DNA of 64,000 bases from Caecitellus pseudoparvulus (Eukaryota > Protista > Bigyra: Bicosoecida): the NCBI GenBank assembly GCA_965644315.1, contig CBFFRQ010000051.1, positions 66,341 to 130,340 of the forward strand. The letters run 5' to 3'. This document shows, one piece after another, positions 12,357 to 23,021 of the stretch; position 1 is the first letter of the stretch; each line of letters begins with the position of its first letter. A program made the position numbers and the translations under genes. Below the pieces are notes generated by a model, which did not search any database, was not told the DNA's origin, and saw nothing but the letters and a program-made list of their open reading frames with translations.

Positions 12357-13130
12357 ATGCAGGTGGTATCCCAAGGAACTTTTCTATCCTCCCTACTGAG
12401 GCGTTCAGTGCCCCTGCGCCATGCAGTGGGCATTGACTGGGGCTCTTCCAAGCTTGGAGTGGCGCTGTGGCGTGTGGAGGAAGATGCTGTGCTCCCGTTG
12501 ACGACTCTGCGGCCGCCGCTCCTCAGCACCGGTGCGCCCTGCAGCATGCAGAACTGGACTGCACACTGCAGCACAGCACTGCCACACCCCCCGCCCTGCG
12601 CTGCAGACCGAAGCGCCTTCATGGCTCGTGAGCTGTGGCAGTTGCTGCGGCGCCGGCAGTGCACGCACCTCGCTGTAGGCTGGCCCCTCACGCCGGCTGG
12701 CGCTGTGGGCACCACATGCCAGCGAGTGGCAGACTTCCTTCAAACACTGCAAGGTCACTCTCCACCACGTGCCACTGAGCCGTTGCAGGTGGTGTTGGTG
12801 GACGAGCGCGGCACCAGCGCAACAGCACGGCAGGTTCTGGCCGGGTCAAGCAACGCAGGAGCAGTGACTTGGGGAGCCGGCCGCATCCTGGCCGACGTGG
12901 CGCCGGCGCAGAAGCTGAAGCCGAGTCAAGCTGCCAAGGTGGATGCCATGTCGGCCGCCCTCGTGCTGGAGATTCTGCGCGCTGCGTTGCCGGCGCCCAG
13001 CGAGTCAACGCCCGAACACGCCACCACGCCGTCGCTGGACGTAACGGGGCGGCAGGCACAAGAGACCGGCATGCCCAGCTCCGCCGGAGCGCGAGCAAGT
13101 CGTCGCTGGCTGCGCAAGGGGCACAAATGA
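12357..13130 (+). CDS. YqgF/RuvX-family RNase H-fold nuclease (pre-16S rRNA nuclease / Holliday junction resolvase-like); probable intron 12532-12606
   Basis: The four YqgF motifs occur in order: VGIDWGSSKLGVA, LAVGWPLTPAG, VLVDERGTS, KVDAMSAALVLE. Confidence 0.85.
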   Translation: MQVVSQGTFLSSLLRRSVPLRHAVGIDWGSSKLGVALWRVEEDAVLPLTTLRPPLLSTGAPCSMQNWTAHCSTALPHPPPCAADRSAFMARELWQLLRRRQCTHLAVGWPLTPAGAVGTTCQRVADFLQTLQGHSPPRATEPLQVVLVDERGTSATARQVLAGSSNAGAVTWGAGRILADVAPAQKLKPSQAAKVDAMSAALVLEILRAALPAPSESTPEHATTPSLDVTGRQAQETGMPSSAGARASRRWLRKGHK

Positions 13131-13176
13131 CGTGCACTGCGCCCGAACCTGCCCAACACGCAGTGCCATGCATTGG

Positions 13177-14171
13177 TCACTTGGCAGCCTCGCCCTCCAA
13201 GTGTGTGAACAGCTGCAGCAGGAAGTCCACGTCCTGGGCGCCAGAGGCCGTGTAGGTGCTGGTGGCTTTCGGCTCCGCTGTGGCACCGGCCTTGGCTGGC
13301 ACGGCACAAGTGCCGTCAGCTGCGCATGCAGCAGCATCGGACACGGGCGCATCGCCCACATCAGTGGCTCCCGTGCTGGTGTGCAGGGATACGAGGAAGA
13401 ACGGCACTCCGCTGATGCGGTACGTCTTCATGAAACGCTTCACCTCGTCGTGCACGTGCTGTGTGCCTTCATCGCTGCTCAAGAATTTCTTCGCTTCGGC
13501 AGCGTCCAAGCCAGCCGCACCCGCCGCTTCCGCCAACACGTCCAAGTCCCCAATGTTCTTCTCATCCTCGAAGTACGCTTGGAACAGTGCCGAAATCAGT
13601 GCATCCTGCTTCCCAAATTGGTCTGCCCACTCCACCAGGCGGTGCGAGTTGGTCGTGTTCGCGACCATGCCACCGTACTGCGCAGCGGAGCCGAGTCACA
13701 CGTTGCGCTGGGCCAGCCAGCAAAGCCTGCAGCGCAACGCACGGAGAAATTGATGCCTTCTGCCTTGCCCACCTGCACCATATATGGCAGCATCTGTGCC
13801 ATGCGCTCTTCCCCGAACTTCTTCTTGTACCTGAGTCCCCAGGGCGAGGGCAGCGTGGAGGTAGCGACGCAGGCGCCGCTCCCTTCAGGCCACGCACGAG
13901 GCCATCTTGTCCACTCCTTCCACTGGCAAGGACGGGTCCAGGAAGAACGGATGCCACTTTACTTCAAATGTGGCCGTGCCACCCTCTGCCTTGTACTTGT
14001 CAATGGCCTTCTCCAGGCGTCGCTTCCCCACGTAGCACCTGGGCAGGCGGGCAGCGTGCGGGTGCATCCAATTTCCGCACGGAATCCACGTGCCAGCCCT
14101 CGCCGACAGACGCACCAGGGGCAAATGTTATCCGATACGACGTCCACCTTGAATGTTTTCTTGCTAGCCAT
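13177..14171 (-). CDS. DsbA-family (FrnE-like) thioredoxin-fold oxidoreductase; 4 exons
   Basis: Spliced reading gives VDVVSDNICPWCYVGKRRL, WHPFFLDP, NTTNSHRL, LFQAYFE, ISGVPFF and SGAQ. The CPWC motif is split by an intron (TG|G). Confidence 0.9.
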
Positions 14172-14419
14172 GTTTGCAAACGCCCTGTACCAAGCCTGCT
14201 GCGTTGCCACTCGCGTGCACTGAGCAAACGTTCGACGTGCTGGTCTCAACAGCATGCTCTGCTGCCAGCGCCGACAACAATTGGGCTCGAGCGTCAAAGA
14301 AGACACTGCAAGGGAAGGGTGTGGGATGGAGCACTTGGTTCTTTGTGCTGTTTCGGTATTGTGTCATCCCCTGTCCTGCATTGGTTTTGCTCAGTCGGCG
14401 AGGAGGGAAGCTGCATGCC

Positions 14420-15569
14420 ATGGCCCTGCGCGTGTCAGGCAAGACTGTGCTTGGGGCTGCGGTGCTGGGGGGGGCAATCGGGGGCATCGGGGGGACTGCC
14501 TTCCATCAAGTTGCTGCAAAGATCCCTGGCCGGTTCATCCATGACCAGCCCTTTGCTCCGGCGGGAGCTGGAGCGCTTGTGGGTGCTTGGTGCGGGTGAG
14601 TGCTGCTCAACATGCCATGAAGCCATTCGCGCGCCCCACTCAGTCCTCTTGGTTGTGCACCACAGTGTCTGGTATCCCTTGCACGCTCGATTGATGGCTT
14701 GGTTCAAGCGCAAGCGGACTTCTTCGCGCGCAACGGTGCGAGTGGCGTTCGAGTGAAACGCCAGCGAAACACTTGCCCCTTGCATCGGCCGCCCCCACCC
14801 CCTGCAGAGGCTATTTCTGAAAGTCATGCTGGACACCATACCCAGCACAGTTGTGTCCACCGTTGTGGCATTCTGCATTGTCTCTGCTGCAGCCCGGACG
14901 GATGCCTTCATGATTTCAGTGCACGGCTTGGGGCTGCCGCCTTCAGCATCCCGTGAAGCTGCTGCGCGGTACGCGAAAGCCACCGCGGAACTGGCAGCAG
15001 GACAGCCCAGGCCAACTCGCCAATATGCCGACTGCCCTACACAGCAGCAGCTGGAGGCTTGGGGTGCATGGGTGCGGCAGATGGAGAGCACGGCAGCCCC
15101 AGGCTCGGCCCTGCACGAATGGGGTCCGAAAGACGTCTGCACCAGTACCTTCTACCCCCGCGCCCTGGCCCGGGCCGCGCACCACCCCCAGGAAAGTCCC
15201 CTGCGAGACCCCAGCGTAACACGCCAGGCGCTACAGGTAGGCGGTGCGCACGGCCTGGTGGCACTGGATGCTCGGCGCCGGGCGCTGTCCCAGGCCTGGT
15301 ACATGACCAGCACTGGTGCCTGGTGGCCTCTGTGGCTCGTGGGCTCGGCAGTTGCCTTCCTTGCCGTGCCCCCCCCCGTTCGCCCGCTGTGGGGTGTACT
15401 GCAGTGGTCCGCAGTCAACGCACTGGCTCACTACCACCCGCCCGGCACGCACGGCTACGCACCACCAGGCCACAAACCACGCGTCCCACCAGGCAGCCCG
15501 GACGATGAGGGCCCCCCAGAGGCGTCTGCCACTCGCAGAGGCGGAGGCAGCAAGCCCAGCATGGTGTGA
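14420..15569 (+). CDS. Hypothetical membrane protein, multi-exon
   Basis: ATG at 14420 followed by a glycine-zipper-like hydrophobic segment (GAAVLGGAIGGIGG), a GTGAGT donor near 14596, and a downstream 247-aa ORF with hydrophobic segments. No family recognised. Confidence 0.5.
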
Positions 15570-15643
15570 TGGGCCCATGCCTGGCCCAGCCAGGCAGCAG
15601 GGGCCATGTGCCCTCAGTCGACCGCTGCTGGGCTGTGCCGCCG

Positions 15644-18600
15644 TCACAGCAAGTCCTCGGCATCGTCAGGGTCCTCGAAGCCGCCTGCGATGCGCTGCAA
15701 GAGCGCGGGGGGCAGGGGGATGAACAGCCGCTCCAGCCCGCCGCCCCCCTCCGTGCGCTGGGTCGCGACCAGGGCGTGGTCGGTGAACTCCACCAGCACG
15801 TTGCGGAAGGCGATGTCGGTGCTCACCAGCATGCTGTCTTGGCAGGCAGCGTACCATTCGTCCCACACCATGCCGCCCTCCTCGGGGTTGTCCAGCTGTT
15901 CTTGCGCGAGGATGGCCAGGATGGCGCGGTGGTTGGGGGTGAGGGACTTCAGAACGTATGCGACGCCCGTCTTGGCTGTGCTCTCGCGTTCCGGCAACAC
16001 ACTCGGAACATGGGGCGCCTCGCTCGCATAGCGCTTGAAGGCACTGCAATCCACGTGCACCCACCTTCCCAGCTCACGCGCTTGCCCGCTCATCAGCACG
16101 CCTGCGTTCACGTGGTCGGTGGATGCGACCAGCTGCAGACGAGGGCACGCCGCCAGGATGGCCAGGCCTGCCTGTGCCTCAGGAGACCGGAATCCGTGCC
16201 CGTCCAGGTTGTGCAGCACCAGGCACAGCGTCCGGCCCGCAGTGCTCACTCGGCAGGTGTCCACGACGGCAGCCAGCTTGGAGACGGCGACACCCCCCAC
16301 ACGCCCACGGCGGCCCAAGGCATCCAGGTCCAGGCCTTGGCCCCGCACCACTCGAGCGGCACCCGCCGTGGCACCTGCTGCCTGGACGGGGGTCCAGTCT
16401 TCACCCTCCTCCTCCGCGTCGCTGCGACCGCCGGCCGAATCTGAGCCACCCTCATCATCGCCAGCCGCCGACGCGGCTGCCGCAGGGCTCGGCCCAACGA
16501 CACAGCTGCGCCGAGCTCGTTTGGCAGCCAAAGCTGTGCGGCGCCCCTTGTCGGGGTCCTGGGTGTCATCGCTGGAGCGTGCGACCTGCTTGCGGCGGCG
16601 CTTGCGACCGCCGGCTTTCACGGCCGCCGTCGGACCAGGCTGGCTCGCGTGCTCGTCACGCCCTGCACTGGCAATGTGCAGGGTAGATGTGGTGTCTTCA
16701 TGCCCTGCAGATGCAGTGAGGGTGATGGGGGGCGCTGGCGGCAACCCGGCAAGGCGTCGCCAGTGACGGGACAAGTGCTGGCGGATGAACCTGTACTGGT
16801 GCTCCTCCACGTCCTCTGAGGCCAGGAGAGGGGGGTTCCCTGCGCGGTCTCCCATGAGGAGGTCCGGGTCCACTGCTCGGTTGGTGGGGTCCAGCTGGGG
16901 CAGTGCTCGAGGGGGGGCAGTGGAGCCCCGCCGACCGCCTGTTCCGCGTCCCCGCCGAGCGTGCGCTGAGGCACTGTCGCCCGCCACGTCCTCCAGGGGG
17001 TCGAAGGCGGAAAAGCCCCCCTCGTACACCTTCACCCCGCCCAACACTAGGCGCTTCTGCACTTCCAAGCCATCCTTTGATCCCCCCAGCACCACCTGCA
17101 AGCTGCCCTGCGCATTCACTGTCAGCCCCATGGTGTGCAGCGCAGAGGGAACGGCACTGGACCCACTGGCCCACAGGCTTGGTGCCGCGCTTGCACGCTG
17201 CAAGCTGGTCCACGTTGACGCGTCAGTGCTGGAGCTGGTGCCGGCGGGCGACGCATCGCCCCCCATGCACGCGGCGACGAAGCGGCAGTGGTCCAGAACA
17301 GAGGCGAACGTGGACGTGCGCCCCAGGAACTTCTTGCAAATGAGGTTGCACAGCCCCTTCAGGGTCACTCCAGGCGTGTACCCATTCACCACCAGCACCG
17401 ACGCCTCGTGCACCAGCGTGCCGGCAAACTCCTCAAGCAGCGCCTTCTTCGAGCCGACGCCGTACGCGAGAATGCTGCGCCCAGACGTCAGTAGGGACCG
17501 CCAGTGCCCAAACTGCTCACGAATGTGCCTCGTCAACACCGCTGTTCCGACCTTGTTCCGATCTGGCAAGCTCGCCACGACCTCGTCCGCCTTGGCGTCA
17601 GAAGGCAAGCTGCCAATGTCCACAGCGCGCTCGCTGGGACGGGCGCGCTTGCCGCGAGACGCGCCACCCGGAACCGTGAGGCGGTGGTGTGTGAAGAACA
17701 TGTCTTGATAGGCTGTGTGGGAGCGTGCAGTGGGGGTAGCCCTGCGACGGCGCCGCCCAGCGCCGTGTTCATGGTCGGCAGTTCGGCCGCGCTGCCGCGG
17801 AAATTCGCTGTCCGAGTCATCGCCGCTGCCAGCCGTACCACCCTCTTCATCAGAAGACATAAGAGCAGTGGGTGTGGGCAGAGACAGCAGGCTGTCTGGG
17901 TTGAGGCTCATGTACACCTTGCCTTCGCCCTGCCCGCCCACTGGTAGTGCGTGTTTGGCGGTTTCTTCGTCCGCCAGGGCTGTCTGCGCAAGGTGGGACG
18001 GCAGGCACACCATCTTCCCAGCCTTGTGTCGCTTCTCGGCACAGGTACTGCAGAACCAGTCCCCCGGAGGCACCGCTGACAGCGGGGGGTCAGCACAAGC
18101 CAAGTGGCACACAGACTCACACGCGTCGCACACGACCATGAGAGCAGCATTGTCCGTGCCACGGCACACGACACAAGGTGCCGATGTGTCCACCGCTGCC
18201 GTTGTGCTGTGTTTGGGGCAGTACGCGAGCTTAGCGACTTCCCCCTCGCCTTCCTCTGCATCCCCCTGGTGCAGCGCCATCTCCACGTTCGCGCGAATGC
18301 CGCACAGTGGGTGGAAAGCCGCACAGCACGTGCCAAAACAGCACTGAATGGGAGCGCCCCGTGAAGAACTCGCACGCTCCAGCAGGGCTGGCCCTGCCCA
18401 GAATGCCTTCTCACCGACCCGCCCACCAGACGTCTTCAGCGGCGCCTTGGCACTGTACTTCCACCGCAGTGTGCCCTTCTTGTACCAACAAGTGTCTGGC
18501 GGGAACACGCCCCTGCCAGCCTCTGCCTTGCGCTTCTTGCACAGCGTGCACGGCAAGTCCCAGCGCTCCGGGTGCACAGTGGCCAGGCCACACGGGAAAC

Positions 18601-20588
18601 TCAAACCCTCTGCATCTTTGAAGAACATGCCTGGCGTCCACAGCGCACAGCCAACGTGGCACCAGGCAACAATGCCCCCATTAAGACCACCATCATCGCC
18701 GCCAGGGGTTTCGGGGGTAGCTAGCGGTTTCAGCGCCCGGTTTGAGCGGATGGGGCACAGAACACACTTGGGTGCCTGCACGCCCGCCCTGCACGCCTCA
18801 CACACGAAACCTGAGGTCGGAATAGGACCAGGCACTCCTGGTAGCTGTTTGGCATCGGGTGGGCTGTCTGCATCGGGTTCGTAGAATCGAGGCTCAGGCC
18901 CAGGCGTGCTGCGCTGCGGTACCGCTGGCACTCTGTGCCTGCCATCGCTCGACAAGTCCACACCAAAGCACGCCTCGTGCACACCGAGTCCGCAGCACTC
19001 ACACACCACTAGGGGCGAACCCTTGTCCCCTGCACACCCACACACGCCACACTCAAGGTCCTCGCCAACGGAGATGAGGACACCCCTGCCATCGCGAGTC
19101 TGGGGTGGTTTCTCTTGCTGTACAGTTGCGGGCGGGGGTGCAGTGTCGCTTGGCTGACTCATGGCACTCGAGCTGGCCTTCGCCAATTGCACGAGCAGTG
19201 CAGCTGCACTGCCCTTGGGAGGGCGCGATCGCTTCTTGCCTCCTGAGCGCTTGCCGTCACTGGCTTCTGAGACTGCAGCGTCACCGCTCTTGCCCGAACC
19301 AGCCTTGCTACCACTGGCCTTGCCCGAACCAGCCTTGCTACCACTGGCCTTGCCAGCACCAGCCTTGCCACCACTGGCCTTGCCCGAACCAGCTTTGCCA
19401 CCACTGGCCTTGCCCGAACCAACCTTGCCCGAACCAACCTTGCCCGAACCAGCCTTGCCAGCAGTGGCCTTGCCCGAACCAGCCTTGCCCGAACCAGCCT
19501 TGCCCGAACCAGCCTTGCCAGCACTGGCCTTGCCCGAACCAGCCTTGCCCAAACCAGCCTTGCCAGCACTGGCCTTGCTCGAACCAGCCTTGTTTGCACT
19601 GCTCTCCTCGACCTCTAGCTGAGCAGGCACAGCGTCACCGAGCATGCCGCCCAACTGCTCTTTGGCAGTGCTTTGCAGCATCTTCGCTGTGGCCTTGCGC
19701 TGGCGGCGTGATACGCGTTTCGCCGAGGACATGTCTGCTGGCGCCGATGACGGCACACTGGCAGTGTCTGTAGCGGGACTGGAGGCTGCTTGTGCCAGTC
19801 TTCGGGCGCGAGAGGCCTGCTTGAACGCGGCAGCGGACAGAGCAGGGGAGGTGGCCGGCTGCTCGGTCAACCCGAACGTGTCATCGGCAGTGTTCGCAAG
19901 ACTGCGCCGGCCCTGGCTGCGGTAGGTAGCAGCCTGCTGCAAGAGTGCGGAAGACTGCCCTGCTCGGGCAGAGCGGTGCATGGCATGTGCGGCACGGCCG
20001 ACAATGGAGCTGGGTGTGTGGGGCGGAGTGGAGGCGTGGTGGGATGGAGTGGACTTCGCAGACAACGGGCGACGAGACGCTGGGAGTCTCTTCCCTCGGC
20101 GCTTGGGCGTGGAGGGCGCCTCAAAGTCGAATTCGTCCGCCGCCTTTGGGCTGGGAGCAGGGTTTGCTGTTTGGACAGGAGTTGGTGGGGTGACACCAGT
20201 CACGCCAGAAGGGACGGAGGTCACCCCATCATTCGGAGAACCTGCGCAGGGTAGCATTATGGGTATGTGGCTCTGTATAACGTGGTTTACTGGTCGTAGC
20301 GAAGGCTTGCAGTCTTGAACAGCGCAAGGTGTGTCAGCGGCGCTGTCGCTCAAATGCCGCACAACCACACGCACGCTGCTCGGAGCCAGGGAGACTTCCT
20401 GCAACCCGTTGGAAGCGCCTTCGCAGAGGCTTTCCTGTGGAGGTCGGGACTTGACTTTCGACATCCCCAAGGGAGGACAGCTTGCTCCCAGATGTGAGGG
20501 GCTTTGCCGGCACAGCAGGTTCGGTGTCTGCAGCCAAGTCTGAGGCGCCCGTGCTTCCCCTGCGGCGGCTCAAGCGTCGTGCAGGCAT
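15644..20588 (-). CDS. ORC2: Origin recognition complex subunit 2 fused to N-terminal PHD / Zn-knuckle / PHD (PZP) and a further PHD finger; exon 1 20588-20375, intron 20374-20242
   Basis: ORC2 motifs FGHWRSLLTSGRSILAYGVGSKKALLEEF, VVNGYTP, LVLHNLDG, LVASTDHVNA, VLKSLTPN and LVEFTDHALV. Three Cys/His PHD-type fingers lie upstream in the same uninterrupted ORF. Confidence 0.88.
19287..19594 (-). repeat. Coding 15-bp minisatellite, about 20 units, encoding (G/S)K(A/V)(G/S)(S/A/G) pentapeptides
   Basis: The plus-strand unit TTGCCCGAACCAGCC and its variants repeat in tandem; the translation has a Lys every fifth residue. Confidence 0.95.
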
Positions 20589-20979
20589 GCTGAGGGGAGG
20601 ATTACTCAATGGTGCACAAAGTAAAGGTGCGAGTGTGTCTTGAGCCTCACGTGGCGGGAGCCAACTGAGCCTCTTCCTCGCCCGATGAGCTTCGCAATTT
20701 CCGCAGGCACCTGGCAGCTGCAAGGACGCTTGGACAGTGCTAGGACGGTAGAGGGGCTGGGAACAAAGCTGGCCAAGCTAACCTAACCAGACTTCCCCAG
20801 ATTCCCCTCTAAATTTTCATGGGTGTCAAGTTTGACGCTCGACGGCAAGTGGCCTGGCGCGGCAATCTTCCGGACTTCGCCATATTCCCCGTGCTCACCA
20901 CCACCACATCCTGCATGTAGGCCAGGCTGGAGCCAGTGCAGGGCGCAGGCAAGCACGTGGACATCCACCCACCGCCAGC

Positions 20980-22800
20980 ATGGCCAGCCCAGCACCGACC
21001 GCACCACACGCACGCGCCTCGGCGCCGGGCAAGCTCATCCTCTTTGGCGAGCATGCCGTGGTCTACGGCAAGACAGCCGTGGCAGGCGCCTTGTCGGACT
21101 TGCGTGTCTTCGTCCGAGCGGTGCGTCGTGAGGCCCTGCCTCCGTCTGCAGGCCGGCATCGCACGCTTGCGCGTGCTCACACAGGACGCGACACGGGACG
21201 GCGCCTTGACCATCAACATCCCCGCCTTGGTGAAGGGGGCTCAAGATGTGGCTCTGACATGGCCTCTGGAAAGCCTAGATGGGCCTGTCATGCAGGCTCT
21301 GGCTGCGTGTGGTGCGTGCAGCGCCACTGCGTGCCGCATACCACTGCGCCATGCAAGCTTTGTCGCCGGGCACCCTGCGCAGATGCACGCAAGGCCGTGC
21401 AGCCCATTCCTGGCGTGTGTGAGGCGTTGGAGAGTTTGTGCACAGAGTACGACCCTCTCATCCGAAAGGCCATCATTCCCACTGCCTTCCTGGCTCTTGC
21501 AATGGTGGGAGGGCATCTTCGGCGTGAAGGTGCAAAATCCGCAACCTCCTGCACTGGCCTCGCGGTGCACATTGAAAGCGACACCAGCACCTTACCTGTA
21601 GCAGCAGGGCTAGGTTCTAGTGCCGCCTTCTCAGTGGCCACGGCAGCTGCGCTTCTGGCCCTGTTCCGGCAGCTGGAAGGCAAAGGCATGGCCGGGGAGC
21701 CAGCAGGTGCTGCTGGCGCTCCACACACACCACTGGCTGGCGAGCCCGTGGTGGTGCCCTCTGAAGCGTCCCTGTCCCTCATCAACGCCTGGGCGTACTC
21801 TGCCGAGACGCTCTTCCACGGTGCGCCATCAGGCCTGGACAACACGGTGTCCACGTATGGCGGCGCCATCGCGTACCGCAAGTCGCCCCAGTACATCCAC
21901 CGTGTCCAGGACATGCCGCAGTTGCCGATCCTGGTGACGAACACGAAGGTGCCGAAGGACACCAAGGCCCTCGTGGCGGGGGTGCGCACGCGGTACGACG
22001 CCCACCCCACCATTGTCGCGCCCATCATCGACGCAATTGAGGAGGTGTCCAACGCCTTCCTTGAGCAGGTGGAGCACCACGCCGTGACCACCGCCGACGC
22101 ACGCCGCCTCATGGTGGGCGCCTCAGCCGACGGCAGTGAGATCGCGCACGCCTCCAACCGGGGCACCTCCGCCCAAGGCAGCGGCGGCCTCTCCAGCCCT
22201 GTGCCCACAGAACCCGGCCGCCCTCGTGTCCGCACCGTGTCCTGGGATGCCGCCGCCGGCAGCCTCGTCGCAGACACACAGCAGCTCATCCACATGAACC
22301 AGGGCTTGCTGGACGCACTGGGGGTGGGGCACCCCGCCATTGACGCCGTGCGCGCCACTGCTGCGCGCGTGCTGCCTGGAGCGGCCACCAAACTCACCGG
22401 AGCAGGTGGAGGTGGCTGTGCCTTGACGCTGCTGCCCGAGGGGGTGGGGGCGGAGGGGGGTGACGCGCTCGTGCAGGCCCTGGAGCAGCTCAGCTGGGCA
22501 TCAGGCAAGCATGGCGCCCATGTGCCCTTCGTGTGTGTGCGTACGGCCATGGCTGGTGCAGGCGTGCTGGTGGAGCAGCCGTGTCTTGTGTCTGCAGCCG
22601 CCTCGGCTGAGCAGGCAGACTCTGACGTCACGACCGGCGTGTACGTGTCGCGGCGCCGGGCTGCCCTCATTGCCGCAGACAAGCGGCGCCGAGAGGAGCG
22701 GAAGCACTTGACGCACTTCATCGTGCCGCTGGGCCTGGCACTGTCGGTGGGGGCAGGTTTGTTGAAATCCTGGCTGGGCAAGGCCGCAGCACCGGCATGA
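20980..22800 (+). CDS. MVK: Mevalonate kinase (GHMP family); introns 21121-21184 and 21312-21382
   Basis: Motifs SAPGKLILFGEHAVVYG, LPVAAGLGSSAAFS, HGAPSGLDN and KLTGAGGGGC. Confidence 0.93.
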   Translation: MASPAPTAPHARASAPGKLILFGEHAVVYGKTAVAGALSDLRVFVRAVRREALPPSAGRHRTLARAHTGRDTGRRLDHQHPRLGEGGSRCGSDMASGKPRWACHAGSGCVWCVQRHCVPHTTAPCKLCRRAPCADARKAVQPIPGVCEALESLCTEYDPLIRKAIIPTAFLALAMVGGHLRREGAKSATSCTGLAVHIESDTSTLPVAAGLGSSAAFSVATAAALLALFRQLEGKGMAGEPAGAAGAPHTPLAGEPVVVPSEASLSLINAWAYSAETLFHGAPSGLDNTVSTYGGAIAYRKSPQYIHRVQDMPQLPILVTNTKVPKDTKALVAGVRTRYDAHPTIVAPIIDAIEEVSNAFLEQVEHHAVTTADARRLMVGASADGSEIAHASNRGTSAQGSGGLSSPVPTEPGRPRVRTVSWDAAAGSLVADTQQLIHMNQGLLDALGVGHPAIDAVRATAARVLPGAATKLTGAGGGGCALTLLPEGVGAEGGDALVQALEQLSWASGKHGAHVPFVCVRTAMAGAGVLVEQPCLVSAAASAEQADSDVTTGVYVSRRRAALIAADKRRREERKHLTHFIVPLGLALSVGAGLLKSWLGKAAAPA

Positions 22801-23021
22801 GTGCTGCCACACCCCGCTCAAATGCACAAATCTGGGCCCACACTGCATGCTGCGTGAATGATGGATTGAGGTGGCTTCTGCATCCATGCGCGGTCCGCTG
22901 CCCTTGACACTAGCCTCCATAGTGTGCCCAGGCGCAGGCTGCTGCCCAGCTCGGGAGTTTCGCCTGTGCCACCTCTGGAAACCCTTTGAATGGATGAGCG
23001 GGGTGATTTCTAAGTTTCAAC

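Noticed and set aside
14030-14125. Possible selenocysteine in the DsbA/FrnE active site
   Set aside because: Splicing gives TG|G TGC, i.e. an ordinary CPWC motif.
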